Origin: Mobula hypostoma
Taxonomy: Eukaryota
Length of the DNA: 64,000 nucleotides
Reading direction: 5' to 3'
NCBI RefSeq assembly: GCF_963921235.1
Contig: NC_086097.1
Span: forward strand, 211,236,001 to 211,300,000
Shown: piece after piece, positions 1-12,570 of the stretch
Layout: every line of letters starts with the position of its first letter
How positions within the stretch are numbered: position 1 is the stretch's first letter
Translations under genes and position numbers: made by a program
Notes under the pieces: model-generated
What the model saw: the letters and a program-made list of their open reading frames with translations, nothing else
Told to the model about the DNA's origin: nothing
The model's database searches: none

Positions 1-357
1 CACGCAGAGTCGGATTGTGGTCAGGGTGTTTCCAGGATGCTGCATTGCCAAGTTTACAGTGCTGGAAGCTCATGGCAGGGAGAGTTTCTCCCTTCAACCG
101 TCTGCGTGAGATGATGGGACTTTCGAGAGACTTTGAGACTTTTTTTACCGTGCCCATGGTCTGTTCTTCATCAAATTACGGTATTGCTTGCACTGTTGTA
201 ACTATATGTTATAATTATGCGGTTTTTGTCAGTTTTCTTTAGTCTTGGTTTGTCTTGTGTTTCTGTGATATCATTCTGGAGGAACAAATTGTATCATTTC
301 TTAATGCATGCATTACTAAATGACAATAAAAGAGGACTGCGTGTCCTCATAATCTAA
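1..357 (+). mobile_element. Non-autonomous retroposon (~660 bp family), copy 1, 5' part outside the window
   Basis: Colinear with 33271-33926 (+) and 51376-52055 (-). Ends with AATAAA, a GAGGAC-tgcgt-GTCCTC hairpin and an ATAATCTAA tail. Confidence 0.8.
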
Positions 358-1244
358 AAAAAAAGTTATAGCACTGAAACAGGCCCTTTGGCCATCTAGT
401 TGATGACGCACTATCAATCTGCTTCGTCCCATCAACTTCCACCCAGAACATAGCCCTCCGCGTCCCTCCCATCCAAGTATCTATCCAAATTTCTCTTAAA
501 CGTTGAAAGTGAACCCACATCCACCCACTCCTTCTGGCAGTTTGTTCCACACTCTCACCAGCCTCTGAGCGAAAAACCTCTCTCTTATGCTTCCCTGAAA
601 CATTTCACCTTTCACCCTTAACATATGACCTCTAGTTCTGGTCTGACCTGATCTAAGACGAAAAAGTGTGCTTGCATTGACCTATCTATACCCTCATAAT
701 CTTGTATACCTCTATCAAATCTCTCCTCAATAAGTCTTAACTTATTCAACCTTTCTCTATAACTCATAACCTCAAGTCTTGGCAAAATCCCTGTAATTTT
801 TCTCTGCACTCTTTCACCTTAGATTGAATGGCTTGCCATATGAAGAGCACTTGATGGCTCAGGGCCTGTATTCACTAGAATTCAGAAGAATGAGGGGTAA
901 CCTCATAGAAACCTATTGAATGGTGAAAGGCCTTGATAAAGTAGATATGGAGAGGATGTTTCCAATGGTGGGAGAGTGTAAGACCAGAGGACACAGCCTC
1001 AGAATAGAAGAGCATCCTTTTAGAATGGAGATGAGGAGGAATTTCTTTAGCTAGAGGGTGGTGAATCTGTGGAATTAGAAACATAGAAGCATAGAAAACC
1101 TATAGAACCATACAGACCCTTCGGCCCACAAAGCTGTGCCAAACATGTCCTTACCTTACAACTACCTAGGCTTACCCATAGCCCTCGATTTTTCTATTCT
1201 TTGCCCTAGGCAGCTGTGGAGCCCAAGTCTTTATATACATTTAA

Positions 1245-4200
1245 CATAGAACATAGAAACCTACAGCACATTACAAGCTCACAATGTTGTGCCGACCATG
1301 CAACTTACTCTAGAATCTGCCTAGAATAACCCTACCACATAGTCCTCTATTTTTCTAATCTCCACGTACCTATCTAAGAGTCTCTTAAAAGACACTGTTG
1401 TATCAGCCTCCACCAGCGTCGCTGGCAGTGCATTCCACACACCCACGACTCTCTGTGTAAAAAACTTACCCCTGACAACCCCTCTGTACCTGCTTCCAAG
1501 CACCTTAAAATTACGCCCTCTCTTGTTAGCCGTTTCAGCCCTGGGAAAAAGCCTCTGGCTATCCACATGATCAATGCCTCTCATCATCTTATACACCTCT
1601 GTCAGGTCAGCTCTCATCCTCCGTCGCTCCAAGAAGAAAAGGCCAAGTTCACTCAACCTATTCTCATAAGGTACATTCTTTCTTGTTTATCTATTATTAT
1701 TTTTTAATTTTATTTATTTTTTTTTCTCTGCTAGGTTATGTATTGCATTGAACTGCTGCTGCTAAGTTAACAAATTTCACATCACATGCCGGTGATAATA
1801 AACCCGATTCTGATCCTGAACATCCCTGTAAATCTCCTCTACACTCTTTCTATGGTATCCACATCCTTCCTGTAGTGAGGTCACCGGAACTGAACACAAT
1901 ACTCCAAGTGGGGTCTGACCAAGGTCTTATATAGTTGTAACATTACCTCACGGCTCTTCAACTCAATCCCATGGTTGATGAATGCCAACACACTATACAC
2001 CTTCTTAATAAAACTGTCAACCAGCACAGCAGCTTTGAGTGTCCTATAGACATGGACCCCAAGATCTCTCTGATCCTCCACACAGCCAAGAGTCTTACCA
2101 TTAATACTATATTCTGCCATCCTATTTGACCTACCAAAATAAACCACTTCACACTTATTCTTTATCTGGGTTGAACTCCATCTGCCACTTCTCAGCCCAG
2201 TTTTGCATCTTATCAATGTCCTGTTGTAACCTCTGACAGCCCTCCACACTATCCACAACACCCCCAACCTTTGTGTCATCAGCAAACATACTAACCCACC
2301 CTACAACATCTTCATCTATGTATTTTATAAAAAGAGGAGGGGTCCCAGAACAGATCCCTGCGGAACACCACTGGTCACTGACCATGCAAAATACGAACCA
2401 TCTACACACACCCTTTACCTTCTGTGGGCAAGCCAATTCTGGATCCACAGAGCAAGGTCTACTTACTTTCTGAATGAGCCTTGCATGGGGAACCTTATCA
2501 AATCCTTTATTAAAATCCAGATACACTACATCCACTACTCTACCTTCACCAATGTGTTTTGTTACATCCTGAAAGCATTCCTTCAGGCTCATAAGGCATG
2601 ACCTGCCCTTTTGACAAAGCCATGCTGACTATCCCTAATCAGATAATGTCTCTCCAAATGCTCATAAATCCTGCCTCTCAGGATCTTCTCCAGCAACTTG
2701 CCCACCACTGAAGTAAAACTCACTTGTCTATAATTTCCTGGATTATCTCTACTCCCTTTCTTGAACAAGGGAACAACATTTGCAACCCTCCAATTCTCAG
2801 GTACTTTTCCCATCCCTATTGATGATGCAAGGATCATTGCCAGATGCTCAGCAATCTCCTCCCTCACTTCCCACAGTAGCTTGGGGCATGTCTTGTCTGG
2901 TCCCGGCAATTTATCTAACTTAATGCTTTTCAGAAGTTCCAGCACATCCTCTTTCTTAATGTCTATATGCTCAAGTTTTTCAGTCTGCCGTAAATCATCC
3001 CCACAATTGTAAAGGCCTTTTTCCCTGGTGAATACTGAAGCAAAGTATTCATTAAGTGCTTCCACTACTTCCTCCAACTCCATGCACACGTTTCCGCTAT
3101 TGCACATATTCTCTCATGGCTCATCCTCTTGCTTTTCACATACTTGTAGAATGCCTTGGGGTTTTCTTTAGTCCTGCTCACCAAGGCTTTCTCATGGATC
3201 CTTCTAGCTTTCCTCATTTCATTTTTAAGCTCCTTCCTGGCAACCTTGTAATTTTCTAGATCTTTATCAGTACCTAGTTTCTTGAACCTTTCATAAGCTT
3301 TTCTGCTGTGTATTTCCCTGAGAACATCTGCTCCCAATTTATGCTCCCAAGTTCCTGCCTAATGGCATCACATTTCCCCCTGCCCCATTTAAAGCTTTCC
3401 CAAATGTTCTGCTCCTATCCCTCTCCAGTGCTGTAGTAAAGGAGATAGAGCTGTGATCACTACCTCCAAAATTCTCTCCCACCGAGAGAACTGACACCTG
3501 ACCAGGTTCATTTCCCAATACCACATCAAGTACAGCCTCTTCTTCAGTTGGTTTATCTACATATTTCGTCAGGAAATCTTTCTGAACACACCTAACAAAC
3601 TTTACCCCATCTAAATTCTTTGCTCTAAGGAGATGCCAGTCAATATTAGGAAAGTTAAAATCTCCCATCACAACAACCCTATTATTATTGCATTGTTGCA
3701 TAATCTGCTTACCTGCTCCTTGATATCCCTGATACGATTGGGGGGGGGGTCTATAAAAACACCCAATAGGGTTATTGCCCCCTTCCTGTTTCTGAATTCC
3801 ACCCTCACTGAGTCAGTAAATAATCCCTCCATGACTTACTCCTTTCCTGCAGCCTTGACACTATTTATGATTAACAATGCCACGCCCCCACCTCTTTTGC
3901 CTCCCTCCCTGTCCTCTTTGAAACATCTAAAGCCTGGCACACTCAGCAGTCATTCCTGCCCCTGAGACATCCAAGTCTCTGTAATGGTCACTACATCACA
4001 GTCCCACGTATGGATCTGCACTCTAAGTTTATCTGCCTTGTTTATGATACTTCTTGCTTTAAAACAGACACATCTCAAACCATCAGGCTGAGTGCATCTT
4101 TGCTCTATCATCTGCCTATCCTTCCTCACAAACTCCCTACAAGCTGTCTCTACTTGTGCGCCAACCATCCCATCCTCTGCCTCTTCGCTTTGATTCCTAC

Positions 4201-5048
4201 CCCGCTGCAAATCTAGTTTAAACCTTCCCCAACAGCATTTGCAAACCTCCCCGCCAGGCTATTGGTCCCCCTCGGATTCAAGTGCAACCTGTCCTTTTTG
4301 TACAGGTCATGCCTGACCCAAAAGTGGTCCCAATGATCCAGAAATCTGAATCCCTGTCCCCTGCTCCAATCCCTCAGCCACGCATTTAGCCTCCACCTCA
4401 CTCTATTCCTATACTCACTCTCGTGTGGCACGGGCAGTAATCCTGAGATTGCTAACTTTGAGGTCCTGCTTCTCAGCTTCTTTCCTAACTCCCTGTAGCC
4501 TGCTTTCAGGACCCCCTCCCTTTTTCTACCTATGTCGTTGGTACCAATATGTACCACAACCTCTGGCTGTTCTCCTTCCCACTTCAGGGTATATCGTGGA
4601 TGCAATCAGAAACATCCTGGACCCTGGCACCTGGGAGGCAAACTACCATCCGTGTTTCTTTCTCGTGCCCACAAAATCATCTATCTGTCCCCCTAACTAT
4701 AGAGTCCCCTATTACTGCTGCCATCCTCTTCCATTCCTTGCTCTTCTGAGCCACAGGACCAAATTCAGTGCCAGAGGCACGGCCACTGTTTCTTCCCCCA
4801 GGTAGGTCATTCCCCCCACTCAAAATGGAGTATTTATTGTTAAGGGGGATGGCCACAGGGGTGTTCTCCACTACCTGACACTTTCCTTCCCTCTCCTGAC
4901 TGTCACCCACTTATCTGTCTCCTGTGGCCCCGGTGTGACTACCTGCCTACAGCTCCTATCGATCAGCTCCTCACTTTCCCTAACACGGCAAAGATCACTG
5001 AGCTGCAGCTCCAGTTCTCTAACTTGGTCTCTAAGGAGCTGCACCTCA
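1245..5048 (-). mobile_element. Near full-length decayed CR1 LINE: ORF1 SGNH esterase (~4213-5048) and ORF2 APE-RT (~1321-4210)
   Basis: ORF1 motifs VIGDSIVRG and VVVHIGTND; APE motifs ITETW, VVMGDFNFPNIDW and GSDH; RT motifs NPGNYRQVSFTS and FADDTK; (CATAGAA)n tail. TSD ATTTAA at 1239-1244 and 5049-5054. Multiple stops and frameshifts. Confidence 0.92.
1678..1815 (+). mobile_element. Rex1/Babar 3' tail inserted in CR1
   Basis: Reverse complement of the element tail at ~12692-12800 (GCTGCTAAGTTAACAAATTTCAC...GATTCTGAT). Confidence 0.7.
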
Positions 5049-5340
5049 ATTTAAGGCAGAGGTTGATAGATTCTTGATTGGTCAGGACATGAAGGGAGAT
5101 GGAGAGAAGGCAGGAGATTAGGGTTGAGAAGGAAATTGGATCAGCCATGATGAAATGGCGGAGCAGACTCAATGGGCCAAATGGCCTTATTTTGCTCCTG
5201 TGTCTTATGGTGTTATTGATAACTTTCCTTCAGGTAGGTAATCAGAACTGCACATAGTACTCCAAATTAGGCCTCACCAATTATCTTATGCAACTTTAGC
5301 ATAACGTTCCAACTCCTGTACTTAATAATTTTACTTATTT

Positions 5341-5670
5341 AAGATTCAAGATTTAAGACTGTTTAATGTCATTTCCTGTGCACAATTTGTAGAGTGAAAT
5401 AATTGTTACTCTGATTCAGCAGTACAAAAAACACAAAAGATAAAGAACACAATAATAATAAGAACACAATAAATATGAATATATAAGATAGCTTAAATAC
5501 ATAGATTAATTGTATGTCCAGGCTGGACATAAGGTGACTGACAGGAAATAATAAGGTAGTGGTAGAGTTAATGGGAGGAGGTGTTGATCAGCCTTATTGC
5601 TTGGGGAAAGTAACTGCTTCTCAGTCTGGTGGTCCTTCTGTGGTGCAGCCTCCTCCCTGATGGGAGAGGG
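5341..5670 (-). mobile_element. Rex1/Babar-like LINE 3' end
   Basis: AAGATTCAAG-type short-repeat tail and 3' coding remnant; interrupts the old CR1. Confidence 0.5.
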
Positions 5671-6083
5671 TCAATGTGCTACAAGCTCTCTTTATGACCC
5701 CATCGATCTGTGATACCACTTTCAAGAAATTATGGATCTATATTCCCATATTCCTCTGTTCTACCACTCTCCACAGTGCCCGACCACTCACCATGCAAGT
5801 CCAACCCTGGTTTGTCTTCCCTTCGTGAAACACCTCAAACACCTGCATTAAATTCCACCTGCCATTTTTCAGCACATTTTCCAGCTGCTGCAAATCCCAT
5901 TGCAAGCTTTGATAGCCTTCCTCACTGTCCATTGCACCCACAAATTTGCTGATCCAATTTGTCACATTCTCATCCAGATTGTTGATATCGAGCACAAACA
6001 ACAACAGATCCAGCAATGGTCCCTGTGGCACATCACTAGACACAAGCCTCCAATCAGAAAGGCGACTGTCTACTACCACTTGC

Positions 6084-7255
6084 TTCAAAGTTCAAAGTTC
6101 AAAGTAAATTTATTATCATGAGATTCATTTTTATGGGCATTCACGGTAAACACAAACAAACACAATAAAATCATTGGAAAAAGAGGACAAACAACCAGTG
6201 CGCAAAAGACAACAAACTGATACCAAAAAGATTTTTTAAAAACTTAAATGATAGTAATAATATATAAGCATTAACTATTGAGAACGTGAGTTGAAGAGTC
6301 CTTGAAAATGAGTCCATAGGTTGTGGGAACTGTTCAGTGATGGAGTGAGTGAAGTTGATTGAAGCTATTCTCTCTAGTTCAGGAGCCTGATGGTTGATGG
6401 GTAATAACTGTTCCTGAACTTGGTCATGTGGGACCTATGGCTCCTGTACCTCCTCCGAGCATTCATGGTCTGGATGGTGGTGGTCCTTGATCATAGATGC
6501 TGCTTTCCTGACGCAGAGCTCCTTGTAAAAGTGTTCAATGGAAGGGAGGGCTTTACCCATGATGGACTGAGCTGTATGCACTACTTTTTGTAGACTTCAA
6601 GGGCATTGGTGTTTCCATACCAGGCCATGATGCGACAGGCAGTATACACTCCACCACGCAACTATAAAAGTGTTTGGAAGTTTTAAATGACATATGAATC
6701 TTGACCAATTTAGAAAGTTAATGTGCTGCCGTGCCTTCTTTGCTAATGACTCTTATGTGCTGGACCCAGGACAGATCATCTGAAATGATAATGCTGAGGA
6801 ATTAATTGTTGCTGACCCTCTCCACCTCTGATCTCATGATGAGCAATAGTTTAAGGACCTCTGGTTTCCTCCTCCTGTAGTCAATAATCAGCTCTTTGGT
6901 TTTGCTGACAATGACCAGGAAGTTGATGCTGTGGGACTACTCAGCCAGATTTTTAATCTCTCTCCTATATACAGATTTGTCATCACCTTTGATTCAGCCA
7001 ACAACTGTGGTGTCATCAACAAACTTAAATATGGCATTGGAGCTATGCTTAGTCTCACAGTCATAAGTAAAGCAGGGGGCTAAGCACACAACCTTGTGAT
7101 GTGCCTGTGCTGATGTGATTGTGGAGGAGACGTTATTGCCAATCCCAACTGACTGGGGTCTCCAAGTGAGGAAATTGAACATCCACTTGCACAAGGAGTT
7201 ATTGATAGCTAGGTCTTTGAGCTTACTAATTAGTTTGGAAGGGATGATAGTAAAG
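6084..7255 (-). mobile_element. Rex1/Babar LINE, 5'-truncated
   Basis: RT motif [21 protein letters not shown]; (TTCAAAG)n tail at the left end. Confidence 0.8.
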
Positions 7256-8382
7256 TCCCATGAAGCCAATTTCTAATCCAATTTATTACTTTATCCTGAA
7301 TGCTAAGTGACTGAGACTTCATGACCAACCTTCCATGTGGAACCTTGTCTAAAGGCCTTGCTAAAGTCCATGCACACAACATCCACTGCCTTTCCTTCAT
7401 CAACTTTCCTGGTAACCTCCTTGTTAAACTCTGTAAGACTGGTTAGACACAACCTACTATGCATTTGTTGTTGTTATATTCTAATCCTCTCAAAATGAAT
7501 GCTAACATTACATTGACTTCTTTACTACCAACTCAACCTGCAAGTTAACCTTAAGGGAGTCATGACCAAGGACTCCCAGGTTCCTCTGCATCTCCTGTTT
7601 CTGAATTCTCTCCACGTTTAGAAAATAGCCTACACCTTTATTATTCCTATCAAAGTCCATAATCTACACTTCCCTATACTGTATTCCATCTTCCACTTCT
7701 TTGCCCACTCTCTGAACTTGTCGAAGTTCTTCTAAAGACTCCCTACCTCTGTGCCACCTTGTGGACATTCCACAAATTGATTTTCTTGTGTTCCTCTCTC
7801 AACGTAGTTCTTCCTATCTATCCATGAATAGAAGTCCTCCATGATCGATGTAACATTGCCCTTCTATCTCCTGGTATATTTTGTACCCAACATTCTGACT
7901 ACCATTCAGAGCCCAAGCACTCTGTTCATTCGCATAATCCTTCTTTGTGAATTTCTACATTGGTATCCTCATCTGAATTTTAAACAGCACCCTTATCATC
8001 CAATGCACTGCATCATCCTTGCCTGGTGCCCCATCCCAAGCAGATCTTGTTCTTAATCTATCCTGAAAGGAGTAGTGGAGGGAGAATCAGGGTTATTGAA
8101 TTTAGCCTCTGTAATGTTTTTTTATACTTTATATCTTATTGTCGCCAAACAATTGATACCAGAAAGTGCAATCATCACAGCGATATTTGATTCTGTACTT
8201 CCCGCTCCCTGGAGTACAAATCGATAGTAAATATTAAAAAATTAAATTATAAATCATAAATAGAAAATAGAAAATGGAAAGTAAGGTAGTGCAAAAAAAA
8301 AACGAGAGGCAGGTCCGGATATTTGGAGGGTACGGCCCAGATCCGGGTCAGGATCCACTCAGCAGTCTTATCACAGTTGGAA

Positions 8383-8685
8383 GAACAAAGATTAGCTGCA
8401 TTCATTAAATGTACATCAAAACATTCAGTGAAATGTGCTATCTTCATCAATGACCAACACAGTCCAAGGAATGTGCTGGGGACTTCCAGTGTCAAGTCAA
8501 CATGGCATGCCCACAACTTACTAACTCTAACCAGACACATAATTTTTTTGAAGTGTGGGTGGAAACCCCTGTGGGCATGGGGGAGAACATACAATCATCT
8601 TACGGACAATGGTGGGAATTGAACTCTGCTCTGTTGTCACTGGTGCTGTGAAGCATTGTGCTAACTGCTATGCTGACATGCCTCC
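8383..8685 (-). mobile_element. tRNA-derived V-SINE (HE1-like)
   Basis: Box A/B-like head (GTAGCAGTTAGC, GTTCAATTCC) and V-domain remnant on the minus strand. Confidence 0.65.
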
Positions 8686-9317
8686 CTAAACCTATCAGTG
8701 AAATTGGTGGTATTAGAAATAAAATACTTCACTTTTGATCACATTCTCTCGAATACCATAGCCAAGGTCAAAACATTTCATGCTCAAAGCATTTTGAAAT
8801 GGGTCAATATTTTAAGAGGTGTCCTGTTTTAACTAAGGTTTTTTTAATCTACAGTTATAAGAGGCTGAAAACAAATGTGAGGAGATACTGGAGAGATCTG
8901 ATAGATCGGTTAACAGCAGTGAAAATAACTTTGTAGACAGGATTAATGGCTGCAGTCAGGCTGTCGGTGACAAAGTCAGCTGACATATTAACAGGTACAG
9001 AGTCCCAGTGGGATCATAAAACAAAGGACTGAACAGATTATTTGCAATCTCAAGTGTTGTATTAGGAGCTTGATTAAATGTTGTAGAACCTGGAGTACAC
9101 CCTAGTGAGACACCTGGAATTATTATGCCTGTTGTGTCCTACATAATAATGCAAAGAGGAAAGTCTAGCAGCTTCCAGTTAAGGGGGATGATTAAAAAAG
9201 AAAGGAAGCATCTCTTTCCCCGTAGCATGAGGTTTGTTGACAGGAATGATGTGCAAGAGGATCTGGAATGCAATTGACCAACAACCGAAGAATGATGGAT
9301 GCAGACCCAGTATCTGA

Positions 9318-9595
9318 TTGATTTATTTACAGGTACAGTGTGGAATAGGCCCTTCTGCCCTTTGAGAAGCAACTCCTGGCAATCCCTGATTTAAACATAG
9401 CCTAATCATGTGATAATTTACAATGACCAATTAACCAGCTAACTGGTACGTCTTTGGACTTTGGGAGGAAACCAGAGGACCTGGAGAAAACACACACATT
9501 CCACGGAGAGAACACGCAGACTTACAGAGGACACCAGGATTAAACTCTCCGAGCTCCATAGTGTTGCACTAACCGCTACGCTACCATAGTTTCCC
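9318..9595 (-). mobile_element. V-SINE (HE1-like) with CR1-type tail
   Basis: Head GGTAGCGTAGCGGTTAGTGC, core GGTTTCCTCCCAAAGTCCAAAGACGTACC, tail GAAGGGCCTATTCC. Confidence 0.75.
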
Positions 9596-10074
9596 ATCAT
9601 TAAAAACTAATGCACCAGATAAATTCAAGCAACACCGATTTCTGCTACTCATCACTGTCCATACTCAGAAAGGTTTCATTGTGAAAGGGTTTCTGTCCAA
9701 CGACGACCACAAGGATACAAATGTTAATAGAGCCCCCATTAACTAGGGCTGGAGCAGGAAATGCATGATTGCACAAAGGAGATCACAGAATCTGTCGATT
9801 AAAGACAGCTTATGCATCTTTTGCACAACAGAATGTATAAACTGTATACATACTTCCTGTCTTGCTGAAGATGAACAGCCGTGAGGGCCAGGTTTTCAAC
9901 CTTCAGGTGGGTGAGGAAGACGTCAGCTCCACGCACTTCACTTTTCAGGTGCCACACATCAACTTAGAAATATGCAGGAAGTCGCTTGGTATCCAGCTTT
10001 GTCCCCAGACAGTGGTCATGATGCATTATTAATTGTGTATTACCAAATCTGGGAGCTCCTATTACCAAAAAGCA

Positions 10075-10310
10075 CAAAGACAACTAATATACAGAATCAC
10101 CATCACCTGCAGGTTGCCCTCCAAATCGCATATCATCCTGATTTGGAAGTACATCATTCTGGATTCATCACTTCTTGGAGCTCCCTACTCACAATGCCAC
10201 GGTAGTAGCTTTACTGGAAGGACTGCTGCCGTTGAAGAAGGTGACTCACCAACAACTCTGGGACAATTGGAGATAGGTGAGAAACGTGGGCCTGCATCCA
10301 GAAAATGATT
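10075..10310 (+). mobile_element. Ancient CR1/L2-type LINE 3' remnant
   Basis: Resembles the common chondrichthyan LINE 3' end (GGACTGC...TTGAAGAAGG.GACTCACC). Heavily diverged. Confidence 0.45.
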
Positions 10311-10789
10311 TTTTTTCTAAATGAACCTCCTGGGTAAAGTAATAACAGAGCATAGGTGCCAACAATTCCTCGTGCTCCTTTTGGCTCATTTTCTGGTTCT
10401 ATTTCTGATCTATTTTCCCCTAAACTCCATGGCAAGAGAATCATTCTAATCCATAGAAGCATGCCTTGTGTAAGGGTTAACTTGCCTGAATCTCGACAGG
10501 CTGCTGAGATGTTCTAAATGGAGAAATCAAATTCCCGAGGAAATGCAGACAACATAGCCACTCCAGTCCAGATAGAATACAATTTGCAAAACTCTGATAC
10601 ATCAAAGAAATAAAATGACTGCACGTGCAGCTCAACCAGTTCAACTATGAATAAGAAAGGCCTGCGGATCCGTCCTATGTTTTAGCATTGAATGGTGTTT
10701 CAGGACACCACTGCATCAGTGTTGCAGAGAAGCAATTTCCTCAGAACCCGAGCATGGCAAAATGCTGTGCAAAATAATGACATTGGCAC

Positions 10790-11035
10790 TGTTGTGTATT
10801 TAATATTTCAATAATATTTGAGTAGTCTTGCATATATATTGTTTGTTTAAGCATTCTTGTTCATTTAAATAATATATTACGGGTTATGTGTCAAAATACA
10901 CTAAATGCATACGTCATCACACTACCACGTGATACAGGCATGCCTCGTTGAAAGTGAAGATGGACTAGACTCATATTCCCAGACTTCTGTCTTCATTTGA
11001 ATGAATTTAATGTTCTCAAGTTACAAAACCTAACA
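10790..11035 (+). repeat. 5' LTR of Gypsy element 1
   Basis: Direct repeat of 15684-15928 (TGTTGTGTA...CATACGTCATCACACTACCA...GTTACAAAAC.TAACA). Confidence 0.9.
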
Positions 11036-11306
11036 TTGGTGATGATGTTTTTTTTTAAAAACGAACCTGATGTGGCTGTTAGAACATAGTGAGATGTTCG
11101 AAATAAAAAAAAGGCTGCAAGAGTCAGTCAAATTTAAAAGAAGCAGCACATGGAGAGGCGGTCGAGTTTAGAATAAAAGCAGCCAGCATATTTTCTTTGG
11201 AACGGAAGACATAATAGAGTTTTTTTTTAAAAGACCGTAAACAGAAGAATTCAGGATTCATAAAGAGTGAGTTCCAGGTGATAATAATCATTTTTAAAAA
11301 TCTGAA

Positions 11307-12520
11307 GTGGCTGGTTTTATTGGAAAAATTGATGAGTTTGATTGCACAATGGGTAATTGGCTCATGTATGCTGAGCTAATGGAACAGTATTTTGAAGCAA
11401 AGGAAATATACAGTGAGAAGCAAGTGCCAATTTTGCTAAATGCATTGGGCTTAAAGGCATACAATTTGCTTCGAAGTTTGACTGCTCCAACAAAAACTGC
11501 AGAAATCAGCTTTCCTGATATTGTCAAATTGATCCAGGAACACTTTAGAACCAAAGCCATTGTTGTGTGCAGAACACGTTAGGTTTCATAAATGGAATCA
11601 AAAAGAAGGGGAGTCCATTTCAGTGTTCGTGGCGGAATTGAAGAGATTGTCTGTGCATTGTCAGTTTGGTAATGGCCTTAATGATACACTAAAAGATTGT
11701 TTAGTTTGTGAAATCTTGAAAGCATTCAAAAATGGCTTCTAAATGAACCACAGCTTACATTCAAGTGAGCAGCAGAAATCACTCTTTCAACGAAACCTGC
11801 AGAGGCGCAATTGAGTTGGAGTCAGGAATGAAAGTGAGCACGAATTTAATTGCAGTGTCTAAACAGAAATCAACCTGGCTGAACGAATTGTGTTACCATT
11901 GTGGCAGGTGCTCATATAAACCAAACAAATGCAGATTTAAAGGTGAAGCTTGCAGAAAATGCAACAAAGCAGGACATACACAAAGAGCATGTCAGGTAAA
12001 CAAAATTAATGGACTGCAGAGGTAGAGAAAATGCTAAAAAAATCAAGTTGGATTTTCAAAAGAGCACTAATCTGCATGCGGTTGATGAAAAATCTGATAG
12101 TGTTGAGAGTGACACTGAATTATGTAGCCTTGAGCTTAACCATGAGAAAATTAACAACAGTCAAACAGTATGATTTACACAGAAGTGACCAGCAAATTAA
12201 TTAAAATTGAATTAGACAATGGTTCAGCTCTTTCAGTCATTCCACAAAATGATTTTGAGAGACATTTCAAAGATACCAAACTGAAAGCCTGCAGATATCC
12301 AACTAAGAACTTACTTTGGAGAAAATATAACTCCTGAGGTAATGACATCCATAACCAACAAGCCACAATAAGCTTGCACGTGATAAAAACAGAAGGATCA
12401 AGATTGTGGGGCTGTAATTAGCTGAGACAACTACAACTTGATTGGAGATCCATCCACGATTTGTATGACACATCCCCTGCAATGAAAGTGAATTAAGAAA
12501 GGTACTTGATGATGCCACAA
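11307..12520 (+). pseudogene. Decayed gag (CCHC knuckles) and aspartic protease of Gypsy element 1
   Basis: GKIDEFD...YFEA; RFHKWNQKEGESIS.FVAELKRL; CRKCNKAGH.QRAC; protease IELDNGSALSVIP; linker ELRKVLDDAT. Confidence 0.85.
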
Positions 12521-12570
12521 ATGTCTCTGTGCAGAACACCATGAGCTGTTGACCAACAGAGGATAAGCAG

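Larger units (their letters stand above)
819..5217 (+). mobile_element. CR1 3' fragment (819-1244 plus 5049-5217) interrupted by two younger CR1 copies
   Basis: CR1 C-terminal coding sequence (GLYSLEFRRMRG, RVVNLWN) continues across the inserts into the CR1 3' UTR. A short minus-strand CR1 tail lies at ~1077-1196. Confidence 0.75.
360..7465 (-). mobile_element. Old CR1 LINE (RT to 3' end) split by later insertions; pieces ~360-818, 5215-5340, 5676-6083, 7262-7465
   Basis: Minus-strand translations give CR1 RT motifs (SDVPQGPLLDLLLF, ISKFVG, LEVMSYRERLNKL). The pieces rejoin colinearly once the inserts are removed. Confidence 0.75.

Noticed and set aside
9854..9962. Possible minus-strand exon (open frame ending at a GTATGT donor)
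   Set aside because: The acceptor is weak, the peptide is unrecognisable, and the sequence resembles an old inverted-repeat element.
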